This document shows positions 26,455-38,577 of a stretch of DNA of 60,459 nucleotides, piece by piece. The translations under genes were made by a program, and so were the position numbers. This DNA is from Nemertoderma westbladi. Its lineage: Eukaryota; Animalia; Xenacoelomorpha. A model generated the notes under the pieces. The model had not been told where the DNA came from and searched no databases. It was given only the letters and a program-made list of their open reading frames with translations. How positions within the stretch are numbered: position 1 is the stretch's first letter; each line of letters opens with the position of its first letter. The DNA lies in assembly GCA_032718475.1 (NCBI GenBank), contig JAUCBJ010006862.1, positions 1-60,459 of the forward strand, written 5' to 3'.

Positions 26455-28185
26455 ATACTACTTCTACTACGATCGGCATGCTGCATTGCAGCTGCATTAA
26501 GAATGCTGTGCCGGCTTGTCGACAAAATTGCGCCGCTACAACTCCCTATCACCCGTGACATTTGCTAGATCATCCGCTTCTTCAAGGCCAGTGTCTCAAG
26601 AAAGTAATGGGCTGTCCACCATGGCTATTCACTCCATGAGGCTGCCAAAGTACAAGATTATGCACTGGCTGGTCCTCACGGCGAAAGCAATGTCCCGCAA
26701 AACGGAGGCGGCTTTGTTCTAGTGTCAAGCTTGGGGGAACCAATGAGACACCTCCAATGTTATGTAGTGACTGGTTGGAGATGTGTGCATTGTAATGGAC
26801 ACAGTGAACCCGGCGTAGCATTATTGTGAATGTGACATTCAGAGATTTGGTGTCCTCAGCAGTTAGAGCCCAGCATGGACTCCCATAGAGGAGTACTGGA
26901 ACTACTGCTGCTCTAAATAATCGGACCTTAAGTTTCCGATTAATTCTATGTGTACTTCCAAATCCTGGAAAGCCTATTCAAGGCTGCCCATTCCTTTCCC
27001 TTACGTATTCGAATGTCCTCACCTGACTTCCGGATCCATGATCCCAGGTAACAGAAGTCGTCCACATGCTGAAGCATATCATCCTTTGAGCTTATGCTCA
27101 TCCAATCAGAGACTTGCTAAGGACTTTCAAAGTTAACTGTCAAAATGTTGGACTTTTTGGAGTTGATAAAAAGACCAACACTAGAAGCATCCTGTTCTAA
27201 TGAGCTGAGGAGCCGTTGGGCTCCTTTTAGTGATTCTGAGAATACTCTAAGTCATCAGCAAAGTCTAGATCAGTTAGGTACTTGGCAAGATTTCCTCGAC
27301 TTCTGGAGCCAGTAGGTGGAGTTACCATCATCCCATCATCATTATGATGATCTAAGGACTTGCGTTGAACATAGTCAACCACATTTATGAACAAAAATGG
27401 CGCAAGTGTGACTCCCTGGAGGACTCCCCATAACACTTCAAAAGGTTTTGTGTCACCGTCAACAGTAGACACAAATGTTGTCGAACCATCATAATACTGA
27501 TCTGATTGTTAAAATAATTTGATCAGGAATCCCATATAATGAAAGTATACTGAACATACGTGAGCGAGAGACTGAATCAAAGGCCTTGAAGAAGTCAACA
27601 AAGATAACAGCCAGATGCTTATCTTTCTTTTTTGATAACTCTTCAATTATCCTTCTAAGTGCCAAAATGGACACCATGGTCCCACGACCCTTACGGAACA
27701 CATTCTGATTTCCACGGAGCAGTCTCTCAATGGGATCCCTAATGCGATTTAATATAATTCTATTGTATAGCTTTGCAGCAATCGAGATCAATGAGATTCC
27801 CCGAAAAGAACCATAGAGTGTTAGGTTGCCCTTCTTGGGAACTGGCACCAACTTATTTGTTTTAATTTCTTGTGGGACTCTTGTTGTACGGTACATGTCT
27901 ACTATGATGGGATAGATGAGCTTTAAACACTCAGGTATTTTAAAGACCTCAGGGGCCCAAAGACTATCTACTCCACGGGCACTGGCACGATTGGTCTTAA
28001 TGCTCTTTGCAGCAGCTTTGACTTCTGCAAAGGAGATATCGCCAATGGGAATATCTGGGAGTACAGACTCGGACACTTTTACTTCTATAAAGTTATCAGA
28101 CAATACCCTGTTATTTTTGAGGAGCTTTTCAAAGTGGGCCTTCCAACCATTGAGGATTGAGGCGATCGGCTGGTGATTCTGCCGA
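26455..28185 (-). mobile_element. Degenerate 5'-truncated RTE-like LINE with (TAG)n-like tail
   Basis: VPVPKKGNL...FRGISLISIAAKLYNRI, FVDFFKAFDSV, GVLQGVTLAPFLF, DLDFADD in broken frames; tail GTAGTAGAAGTAGTA abuts the array. Confidence 0.9.
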
Positions 28186-29204
28186 CCAAACAAATACTTT
28201 AATACGATAAGGAAAGGGAGGGTGAAAGTCATGCAAGCCGGTCAAGCCTGGGCTAGGCTAGGCTGTTCGCAATTCCAAGTCTTGTTAACCGAAAAATGAT
28301 GAAGTTTCTTATCTTGATGGAGAAATGATTTGCAAGTTTGAAGAACAGGTGGTTGTTACTGTCCAATCCGCTAATTATTAATAAATTATTTCACAATATA
28401 TATTAATAACTTTTGCTATTTGGTTTTCAAGGAATACGTAATATTTTGTGTTTCACATATTGCCTTTTCCCCTCCCTTGCTCGCTTTATAGGACTACTCT
28501 AGTACAAGTTAACTATCGAGCCTCCACCATGGGTTTATTGGATATATGCTGTGGTCCATTCAGGGCCGGATCCAGGAATTTAATTTCTATGGTGCGCGCA
28601 AATTGTGAAGTTTATCTTTTGGTCTGAGGGCGCTGCCCCAGCTGTGTCCGGGGGGCAGAGCCCCTGTTGCCCTGGTGGGGGTAAAGGGGGCGGACTCCAA
28701 CCCCGAATTTTATTTAGATTTTAATATAAAAATTTTGATGCAAAAATAATAAAATGTTTCAATCGTTTATCTTACATTTTCTATTGATTATTGATAATTT
28801 TCGATAACTAAAAATATTTTTTAAAAATGTTACAATATTTATTTTACTAATTTAACGATGGGTACTAACACATCCTCGGATTCAGGTATTGGAATTCTTC
28901 TTGACAAACGATCAATGGAGGCCGTGTCACTTGCGTGCGTCATAGTACAAAATGGAAGTAATAGTTGAGGAAGAGGAAGGTGAGGTCTCTCTTTTTCTTT
29001 TAGCCCAACTTGGCTCCACATATTTAATATTTAAAGGATTGGCAGTTATTAATTCTAGGAGATGAAATTATGATCATTTCTTTAAATCATAGGCCTATAT
29101 ATTAAATAGTAATTAGTAAGTAATTACTATAACTAATAAGTAGCTTGGCCTAGTGGTGACATTCCTGGGCTTCCAGGGCTTTTAAAAGCTGCAGCCTAGC
29201 CCAA

Positions 29205-29460
29205 CCCAGGGAGGACCAGCCAGTGCATAATCTTGTGCTTTCGGCCTCAGTGAGTGAATAAGCATGGTAGACAGCCCATGACATTCTTGAGACGCATCAT
29301 AAAGGAAACTGGCCGGGAAGATGCGGATGATCTAGCAAATGTCATGGGTGATAGGGAGTTGTGGCGGTGCAACTTTGTCGACAAGCCGGCAAAGCATTCT
29401 TAATATATGTAATATACATATAATGCAGCTGCAGTGCAGCATGCCGATTGTAGTAGTAGT
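29205..29460 (+). mobile_element. Short RTE-like 3' fragment with (TAG)n tail
   Basis: GAGGACCAGCCAGTGCATAATCTTG...CATGCCGATTGTAGTAGTAGT, matching 1130-1355. Confidence 0.85.
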
Positions 29461-29584
29461 ATGGTGGTGATCCAGGAGGGATTCCTTGGCTTAAGGAACC
29501 TAAAAGATTATCCCGTTCAATATATGTGATTTAGTGACGGTAGGCCTAACACTGCAGTTAAATTAAATGGAGAATTCGTCTTAC

Positions 29585-29747
29585 CTGATAGCAGATCAGG
29601 GCTAATGAGCAGACAAGGTAATCAAGGAAGGTTGATTGGAGAGTTGGAAGTAGGAAGATGTTGTCGTACATGAGAACGATAAAGAAGACGACGAAGCCAA
29701 CGATGTGAGTCCAAATGTTAAGAGTTTCATTCGTCCATAGAAATATA
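29585..29747 (-). CDS. PAQR3: PAQR3-like progestin/adipoQ receptor family protein, first internal exon visible in the window (163 nt)
   Basis: Minus strand TTTCTGTCCCAG|T ATA TTT CTA TGG ACG AAT GAA ACT gives (S)IFLWTNETLNIWTH...CSLALICYQ, ending CAG|GTAAGA. NETxNIWxH is the PAQR motif. Confidence 0.9.
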
Positions 29748-29842
29748 CTGGGGACAGAAATAAAGTGGAAATATGTACAGTAGCACTGCAAAACATTTTT
29801 GCATAAATAAATATAAAAACGCCAATAATTTATAAAAATATA

Positions 29843-30175
29843 TTTAGGCTGGAAAATAGCTCGGTATAAGATAAATATAGTTAGTATGGAAAATAGCTCG
29901 GTAAAAAATAAATATAGTTAGGCTGGAAAATAGCTCAGTATAAGATAAATATAGTTAGACTGGAAAATAGCTCGGTATAAGATAAATATAGTTAGTATGG
30001 AAAATAGCTCGGTAAAAAATAAATATAGTTAGGCTGGAAAATAGCTCGGTATAAGATAAATATAGTTAGGCTGGAAAATAGCTCGGTATAAGATAAATAT
30101 AGTTAGGCTGGAAAATAGCTCGGTAAAAAATAAATATAGTTAGGCTGGAAAATAGCTCGGTCCGTATAAGATAAA
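29843..30175. repeat. 37-bp minisatellite, about 9 copies
   Basis: GGAAAATAGCTC recurs at 29851, 29888, 29925 ... 30147. Confidence 0.95.
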
Positions 30176-30809
30176 TAATTGGCTTATTTTCGCTTTCACA
30201 CTTTCGATAGAAGAGTTTAGACAATTGTGTCTCTCCCTATCGATATTTCAATTTCACGAGGAACACCGCACCGCACCCAGGGACGGCTTATGGATTCCTT
30301 CCTTGAGTTGTTATCGTTGAAAAGTTATAAAAGGGAAATTAAAAGGATTCCAAATCACAATAAATAACTGAATCTCGTTGTTTGGTAACTGAGATACGAA
30401 TTTCCATGTTTTACCAGAGCGCGCGAAGCTATCACCCTATAACACTAAATAGTTTATTCAATATATGAATATTTGACAATTAATTCGCCTCGCTCAGATG
30501 GAAAAACATGAAACTTTCGCATTCCCCCATCTCAGCAATTTATATTCCACCAATTAATCAACTTTCCTCTATATCTGAATAAATAACATCAAAATTCGAA
30601 ATACTGTGTAATTATGACGAGTAGGCCTAGCTAGGCCTACTACTTGATACTATTACTACTTTTTACTACATTATATATTTGATGTTATAACTACCACTAA
30701 TCATAGTTTTTTGAAATAAGCGTTTGATCAGGTAAGCCTACTTATATATATATACAGTATTATGATTATATCAATTACCTATTTAATTAATAATAAAAAT
30801 AATTTGCTA

Positions 30810-31020
30810 GGGGCCGTCAAAAAATGACGCCACTCTTTTTTTTTGCCATTTTTTTACCCCCCCCCCCCACCCCCCCCCCCCCACCCCACCCTCCCTCGAA
30901 TGTCACAAATCATCACGAAATCATACACACATAGCCTCCCCTTTGTCACAGTCACAAAAATATATTGCCCACATGATAGTATTCAAATGATTTTATGGTT
31001 TATTATGTTGTTTCATTAAG

Positions 31021-31059
<39 letters not shown>

Positions 31060-32792
31060 CTCCCCCCCCCATGAACCTATTTTTTAAATGGCTGTCAATT
31101 AGTGTTAAATGATAATATTGCTATTTTGTCATGGTCAACCACTGTATGGAAGGCCAAATAGCCTTTATAGTAAAATTTGAAAATTTGTAGCCTCCCCCTA
31201 GCGGCTGGCGGCGGAATTAAAGATTTCACTAAAATTGCTACTAGTCCCTCAATTTTGGTCCAAATTTCTTGAAACCAACTTTTTTGGACTCAGCGTGATC
31301 GACTCTACAAAAGTTATCTTATATAATTTTTAATTAGCCAATTTTATTTTAATTAATTAATTTAATTAATTAATTATCATATTTTTAATTAAAATTGGCT
31401 AATTAGAAAAAATGGTAATATTTATCAAAATTCCATAAGATAACTTTTAAAGAGCTTCCAAAGCTCGTTCGAATGAGCCATAAACGAAGAAAATTGGTTG
31501 AAAAATGACGGAGGAGTAGTAATTTGAAAATGAAAAATGTCATTCCGAGAAAATGCCCTTCAAAGTTTAAACCGTCCCGCCAAAATTGGCTGTCTGTGTT
31601 CTGGTTGGTTAATTATTTCTGGCACGAAGGATGCACACCAACGAGCTAAAATGTTCATTACGGGGGTTTTCGGGGTCGCTGATTTCATTTCCGATGTCAG
31701 TTTTAATTTTTGGTGGAATCTAGTCTATCTGTCTGTCTGTCGGTCTTCTGTCTTTCTTACAATTTGACGGACAGACCGTCATACGGAAAAACAGTGATAA
31801 CTCGAGAACTGAAAGAGGTCTCACTAAGCGGTTTTCAGATTTGTAATCCTCATTAAATTCTGCTCTAGGTGAAATAAAGAAACAACAATTTGAAAATTTT
31901 ACCTGAGGGGGGTATACCCCCCCTTAATAGGCCTAATGTGATACATACATAGAGTAGGCCTATATACTAGACGTGGGGCGAGTCAGCAGAACTGCAAGTC
32001 ATCAGTGAACTGTTATATATAATTATACTATTAAATACTTAGTATAATTAAAGTTTTACTACATTATGCCCCACTAATTACAAAAAATCATCGAATCGGG
32101 ATAGTAAGCCCAAATAGTACCCGGCCACCAGGGCCATAATAATTGCAAAACAACAAAACAAATAAGAAAATAGGGTATTAAGCCCCAAAAGCGCAAAAGG
32201 TAGTACTAGGCATAGGCACTATGGCCTTCAAAACAGATTTTAATTATACGATAACAACCCCCAAAGTTTTCCAAAAGTATGGTGTTGGGTGGGGGGGGGA
32301 TGTCAATGTGATTGTGTCCGGAAGCTATAAATGTCGGAAACCAAGATCTAACTAGCCATAGTATAGTTATAATACTGAGATTGAGATGGCTTGCAGCTTC
32401 TGCTGTACGAAGGACCCCCATTATCGGCACCGGAATTCATCTGGGCAGTGTGGAAAGATTGTAGTTGGGCGAGATGGCGTGTTATAGTTATGATTGGGAA
32501 GTGCAGTGCACTCAGGCCTGGACACTGTGGACAACGACAACCAATACCATGGTTAGTTTGGGAGATTGGGATTGGTTGAGGTAGAAATCGGAGATAACTT
32601 GCTGTTGGAGCTTCTTTGTCAAATATTCAGTCTCAAATATTGGTCCGTACGAACATGTTCTTTAAACCAGTATCAATTCAATGTGACATCACTCACAAAT
32701 CGGATGACCCCCCCCCCCCCCCACACCTTGTCAAAATTTGTCACGAAATCTCTGACCCCCTATCCTGCGTGACGTCATTTATGGACGGCCCC
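30810..32792. mobile_element. TA-flanked MITE termini (one interrupted element or two partial copies)
   Basis: TA-GGGGCCGTCAAAAAATGACGCCAC at 30808 and GTGACGTCATTTATGGACGGCCCC-TA ending 32794 are inverted repeats. Confidence 0.55.
31640..31930. mobile_element. Possible Helentron-associated/DINE-1-like non-autonomous repeat
   Basis: GGGGGTTTTCGGGGTCGCTGATTTC, short (CTGT)n microsatellite and ATAACTCGAGAAC; resemblance from memory only. Confidence 0.3.
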
Positions 32793-33812
32793 TAATGCTT
32801 CGGTGGTTATGAGGTCATGTGTTTGGTTTAATTGCCTTCCCTGAAACAGAGAAAGGTTAAATCAATACTGTACATTTATAAGGAAGGTTTTGCATTGATG
32901 AACTCAATATACGTATTATCTTATCAATAAATACATCTTGTTAAATCGTGGAATTAATTATTTAAAGCAAATAAATTGCAAACATAAAGATTATAAAGAC
33001 TATAAGTTTAGCAAAATCGTCAGACAATATTACGTCATCTAACTGCAATAAATTGCTACATATTTAAATTATTCGAAAAATTATGATTCTAAAAGCTAAA
33101 AAATTTGTTAAACAATTAATTATTACAGATAACACATTTTCTAAACACCCTGGATAATATTTTGTTTGTAGCATAAATTAATCAGTCTTTACTTTTGTCT
33201 TTAGCAGCGCAAGTACAATGTAAATCAGGGACCACAGTTGATTTATTTTTAATTTATTGTATTCCCTTAATTTATTGTATTCCCTGACTTAAAACCGTTG
33301 AACGCGGTCAGTTTTTATCAATGTAAACGCGACTTTCTGCTTGGGGACTTCCATCATTAATACAAATCAAAGTCGAATAAGGAATGTTTGTCGATATAAT
33401 GCAGCCCTTGGTCTGTGTGTTTGTTTTACATTAATAAAACAAACCCTCTGTTACACACTGTTGATTTAATCCGTTTAAAGAAAAAAAATAACGAAAAAAG
33501 GCTACATTATCTAAAATGTTGCGCATTTATTCTACATTGGAACAGGTATTTTAGCTATTGAATATAAATATTAATAATTATAATTAATATTTATTTATAT
33601 TATCATTTATATTCCTGTATATAATATTTAAAAATAATGCTCCGAAATTTTCAATTTGTTTGTTTGGTTTTACCATATATGTTTATGAATCAAAAATTAC
33701 AATTTATAAATATAATAATTTAATAACAAATTATAATAAATAAAATGATAAGCTATAAAGACCACCGACGGGTTGCACCAAAGAGATTCTCCAGATACCA
33801 AAACTAATAGAA

Positions 33813-35528
33813 TTACCGTTGGTTTATCAGTGTGGAATTCGATTGTTGGTTGTGTAACAGTTGCGAGGCTGGCGGCACGCCCATGATGTTCCAGGAACTG
33901 TGTACACGGGTTACTGGTGGGGAGACAACAACGTAACTACCAGATGACGTCATGTTATCTGTGGTCCGGTTGCCATGGGAGTGGCCAATAGTGGCCGGTC
34001 TAGCTTGGCGTACCGACTGCCTTGCCAGTAACTCGACAGTGTAGCTGTTTGGTTTCACCCCAGAATTATTATTATTATTAATGTAGGAATTCCAGTCACT
34101 TCGTGTCTTATATCGCGGTGCGTCTGGGGGGTCTGCGACCGGGGAGTTGGTTCCCAGTTCGTCTGAGAGGGTCTGCAGTTGCGTCGCGTTTAGTGCGATG
34201 TTACGTTTTAGTTGATCGGTTAGAGAGAGAGAAATACCCTGGTGTTTTTGTGTATCGGTTACAGACAGTGGCATACGATGCTGAGTAAGGGGATTACTCT
34301 GCTGGCTATGGGGATTACTCTGTTGGCTATAGGGATTACTCTGTTGGCTATAGGGATTACTCTGTTGGCTATAGGGATTACTCTGCTGGCAATGGGGATT
34401 ACTCTGCTGGCTATGGGGATTACTCTGTTGGCTATAGGGATTACTCTGCTGGCTATGGGGATTACTCTGCTGGCTATGGGGATTACTCTGTTGGCTATGG
34501 GGATTACTCTGTTGGCTATGGGGATTACTTTGATGGCTATGGGGATTACTCTGTTGGTTATAGGGATTACTTTGCTGGCTATGGGGATTACTCTGCTGGC
34601 TATGGGGATTACTCTGTTGGTTGTAGGGATTACTTTGCTGGCTATTGGGATTACTCTGCTGGCTCTGGGGATTACTCTGTTGGCTATAGGGATTACTCTG
34701 CTGGCTATGGGGATTACTCTGCTGGCTATGGGGATTACTCTGTTGGCTATAGGGATTACTCTGCTGGCTATGGGGATTACTCTGCTGGCTATGAGGATTA
34801 TTTAGCATCCCATCTGCTCCAAATGGGTTCCGCCCAAATATAATAGGCTGGCTGTGACGTCGCGGGTTGGCGGAGCGACTAGAAGGAATCTCGGGTAGCC
34901 GGACGTTATCCCGGGCAGGTAGTCTGGGACCGCTACTGAATCCTCGGACCGGGGATACACTCGTAAAGAATCCACGGAACACGACGAAGTTGTTAACCTG
35001 CGGGACCGTGGCCCTGAGGTTGTAATGCTTGGCGAGGAAGGAGAGCAGTTTATCGGAAGGCCGATCCACCGCCATGGATTTGGGATCAATGGATTCCGTA
35101 ACCAACATCCGCTGGAATAATCGGCGACCGAACCCACTGCGTTGCAGCGATTCGTGTACGTAGAAATCCAGCACACAGAGCGGTTCGCATTCTATCTGAG
35201 TCCCCCCGCCGTCCCGGAGAAACAGTTTCTTTCTGCCGATCTTCAGTAAACCTATAAGATTCGGTTTCCCCAACGACCCTCCCTTCATCAAGTAAAGTAT
35301 TTGGTCCGAGTGTTTTAGTCGTCTATACGTGGTTATCGTAGATTTTAGGTGCTGTGCCTTGGCCGATAGGTCTCCTATAGAGTCTATCGCCCATTCTAAT
35401 TGGTTAGATAAATCACCACGGTAACCAATCATCCCAGACCCAAATCTTTCTAAGTGGTTCAAGTAATGGCTATCTATGCGAGTTATTTCATCTTTAAGAA
35501 GAACATTCAAATCATATTGGAATTCCAT
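33813..35528 (-). CDS. ATAT1: Alpha-tubulin N-acetyltransferase (MEC-17/ATAT1), single exon
   Basis: MEFxxD start, SAKAQ, GLLKIGRKKLF, PLCVLDFYVHESLQRSGFG, AVDRPSDKLLSFLAKHYNL, PQVNNFVVFRGFF. Confidence 0.95.
   Translation of the reverse strand: MEFQYDLNVLLKDEITRIDSHYLNHLERFGSGMIGYRGDLSNQLEWAIDSIGDLSAKAQHLKSTITTYRRLKHSDQILYLMKGGSLGKPNLIGLLKIGRKKLFLRDGGGTQIECEPLCVLDFYVHESLQRSGFGRRLFQRMLVTESIDPKSMAVDRPSDKLLSFLAKHYNLRATVPQVNNFVVFRGFFTSVSPVRGFSSGPRLPARDNVRLPEIPSSRSANPRRHSQPIIFGRNPFGADGMLNNPHSQQSNPHSQQSNPYSQQSNPHSQQSNPHSQQSNPYSQQSNPQSQQSNPNSQQSNPYNQQSNPHSQQSNPHSQQSNPYNQQSNPHSHQSNPHSQQSNPHSQQSNPHSQQSNPHSQQSNPYSQQSNPHSQQSNPHCQQSNPYSQQSNPYSQQSNPYSQQSNPHSQQSNPLTQHRMPLSVTDTQKHQGISLSLTDQLKRNIALNATQLQTLSDELGTNSPVADPPDAPRYKTRSDWNSYINNNNNSGVKPNSYTVELLARQSVRQARPATIGHSHGNRTTDNMTSSGSYVVVSPPVTRVHSSWNIMGVPPASQLLHNQQSNSTLINQR
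34296..34799 (-). repeat. 21-bp coding repeat, 24 copies of NP[H/Y]SQQS
   Basis: + strand unit GGGATTACTCTGCTGGCTATG; counted from the translation. Confidence 0.95.
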
Positions 35529-37530
35529 AATAGTAGTAATATACGGTGCATAAAATAACTTAATAAGGGTGCATTCGTACTGCCTACTGGCAGAGTGGTA
35601 TAGCAGTATAGCGGGTAGCCTACCAAATAATAAATAGTCCTATTTATAAAATGAAAATTTGTTTGCGCCGTACCACCAACTGCATTTAATACCGGCAGAC
35701 CGGTATGTTACCAAAAATGAATAAATTGATGTTAAATAAATTTTAAATGACTGAATGATGCACCTCTGGGAGTTAGAAGGATTAGCATCGTGGAAGTATA
35801 ACACCGACTTCCGAGTTGAATTACATGACAGCTTCAATTGCCAAATATGGTTTAGGCCTGACCGACTAAAAACCCCTTACTGCCTTACAGGACAGCCTTA
35901 CTTACTGCCTTAATATGCTAGCAGCTAAGGCCTTGCTTCAAATAAAAACAAATGGCTATAACGTCCGGATTTCAGCGAATTTAATTTAGAGTTAAGGTAA
36001 GACCAGGACCAGTGCAATAACTACAATCAGGCAATAGCCTGATAGCTGAATAATAGAATAGGCCACGGTACCGATAAATGAATACGGTGGTACAAAATAT
36101 ATTTATATTTATATATATGAAACACTATTAGGCCTACTGTATTAACACTGAGCAGTAAACAGTGCACCACCTGCCACACATATAGCTGCATAGCTGTGTA
36201 GGAGGCCCTACCGGTATTATATAACAACATTTCGTATGACTGGCATACATGCCTGTGCCTGATGCCACATGGTGAAATACATATTATTCAGTACCGGAAA
36301 TTTGAAAGCAACTGGCATTGGTCTGTTGGTTTCTGCCGGTAGTAGTACCCATAAAGCAGTAGTACATGGCCTACAGCTTATATGTGATATTCCGAGACTA
36401 ATGTTTCAGTATATATGTTGCTATGGAAACTTGCGATAAACGTGGCGCATTTAAATTGGGAATTTGAATATTAGTGTATAAAATTGTTTTATTAAAGTAA
36501 CCAACCTATAGTTTTATTAGAGTGGCACATTGTTTTCTTAAAGTGACACATTGTTTTATTAAATTCGTACATTGTTTTATTATTAAAGTGGCATATTATG
36601 GCCAATGTGAAATTGACTGGACTTTCTGCTGTTGTATTTCACTTTGCAGTTTAGGCCCTTGTGAACAATACCATGTTTTTCACTTAAAACCTAGGTTAGC
36701 TAAGGGCTGAACACAAATTTTAATTCTTAATACAAAGTTACAATAAAATTGCGCCCGAAAAGTGAAAACCTATGGTTTTCTTCACATGGCTGCACACTTT
36801 TCCGTCCATGTGAAGTTTCCTAGGCAGCCAGGATTCCCTTTCCCAACTAAAAAATAGACGACAGAAAGGAATTTGACCCCATTCACTATCCTCCAATTGC
36901 TCTGAAAGCTGCTCCTTTCCCTCATTTGGTAGGTAACAATAACGTTTATGGTTATGGTTAGAAAATCCGAATCATGTAACCTGATTGCTCCTGAGGTCTT
37001 TTCTATTACCCCTACTCAAGGTCGTGATCCTACTGTTACTCCTATTACGAAAAAAATTCGATTTCGACCTACAGTATCTCCAGGTACTGACTGTCCCATG
37101 GAGCTATATACTAGATGATTAATGATTCAGCTTATTGCTACAGTATAATAGCACTCTATATAATTTAGTTGCCAAGAATTGTGAATCCCCCCCATAATAC
37201 CATGGAAGAAATCCATTAACTCGTGTGGAACAACAAAATCATCATTGGCTGGCTATAATAGCAACTGATTGTTGTTTATTGAATTTTTCGTAACTCCACT
37301 ATGGTGATTAATATTACTGTAGACCTACTGTGGTAGCTTCTATAGAAACCATGGTAAACAAGTTTACAATGGTCTATTTCTGTTCAACCCTTTTATTTAT
37401 ATATTAGTAATTTTAATTTGCATATAATTAACATAAAACAGTATTACAGTATATACATACATCCAACAGTCAACACCTTTGTTGGTAGACTTTTGTAAAC
37501 AATACGAACCTATAAGCAACAGTATTTAGT

Positions 37531-38175
37531 ATGGAGGGTGTCGCTTTATACGACTGCGATGGGAGGGACCCTTCCGAGCTGTCTGTAGTAAAAGGCGACG
37601 AACTTTTGGTCCTAAAGATACCCAATAACGAAAAAAACTTGTGGTACGTGATGGAGAATCGACGGACTAGAATGGTGGGGGTCTTACCGAGCACATACGT
37701 GGAAATGAAACCACATGATTGGTTCTACCATAAGGTTGGGCGCCGTGGTAGTCAGGTGTTGCTGGGGAGACAGGTGAGAGAAGGTACTTTCATCGTGCGA
37801 CCGGCCCAGAGCAGCCAGATGTTGTTCTCGCTATCGGTTAAGAGATCGACCAAAATAGAAAACTATAAAATAAACCGGGACGTCGACAGAAGGTTTTCAG
37901 TGTTTACCGCTAAGTTTGACTCTCTGAACCAACTGGTGGACAATTATCGCAGCAACTCATTCACTCACAGCGGCGTTATGTATCTGCGCGAGATGGGAGA
38001 GGTGGCACAGGTCGTGAAGAAGTATAAACCAAAAGAGGCGGGCGAAATAGCCCTAAAGAAGAACAAATGGGTGGAGATAATTGCTAGACCTTCCTGTGAA
38101 TGGTGGATGGGAAAGGTCGCTGGTTCTGAGTGTGGTATATTCCCAGCCAGTCATGTGAGGTCCTCTCTAATATAG
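37531..38175 (+). CDS. GRB2/DRK-like SH3-SH2-SH3 adaptor, divergent, single exon
   Basis: ALYD..ELS, YVEMKPHDWF, GTFIVR, FSLSVK, KFDSLNQLV, WWMG...GIFPASHV; 214 aa, colinear with GRB2. Confidence 0.88.
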   Translation: MEGVALYDCDGRDPSELSVVKGDELLVLKIPNNEKNLWYVMENRRTRMVGVLPSTYVEMKPHDWFYHKVGRRGSQVLLGRQVREGTFIVRPAQSSQMLFSLSVKRSTKIENYKINRDVDRRFSVFTAKFDSLNQLVDNYRSNSFTHSGVMYLREMGEVAQVVKKYKPKEAGEIALKKNKWVEIIARPSCEWWMGKVAGSECGIFPASHVRSSLI

Positions 38176-38509
38176 AATGGGCACGCAGTGAACAAATCCG
38201 TAACATTATGTTGACAATAAATTGTTTAATTTTCAAATTCTGCTGTGTCTTTTCAAATACTGCTCTGTCTTTTGAGAAAAAACATTACACTACGAACTAG
38301 GGCGGTACTAGCTCTACTGTATAACATACAGTATTGCGGATGTCAACAATAACGTTTACTATTATAAACTATTATTTCGATTAACAGAAAAACACAATAA
38401 GATATCCTTTCCTTTTTATATCCTCTTTCTCATTTACAAAAATCCATATCTGTGATTGTATCAGATCAAATTTTATTAAAATATTAAGGATTAGAATTTA
38501 CGAAAATTT

Positions 38510-38577
38510 GCTGCTGCAACCGGGTCTCGAACTCGGTAAATAATCGCACAGCATCTATGCTCTGACCGCTGAGCTAA
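38510..38577 (-). pseudogene. tRNA-derived fragment (tRNA pseudogene or SINE head)
   Basis: Minus strand TAGCTCAGCGGTCAGAGCA (A box/D arm) and GAGTTCGAGACCCGG (B box); no complete cloverleaf seen. Confidence 0.55.

Noticed and set aside
3828-26497. Dozens of hydrophobic ORFs (VFTGLYDNIFF / VCMIIYFLYLQ repeats)
   Set aside because: By-products of a stop-free 33-bp unit, broken often by 32-bp units; not independent genes.
31021-31070. Long poly-G/poly-C runs here and elsewhere
   Set aside because: Common within MITE-like repeats, and homopolymer lengths are unreliable.
32300-32640. Possible LINE 3' remnant (VRSWFPTFI) on the minus strand
   Set aside because: Too decayed to support a call.
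34242-34805. 187-aa MGITLLA-repeat ORF on + strand
   Set aside because: Antisense shadow of the ATAT1 heptad repeat.
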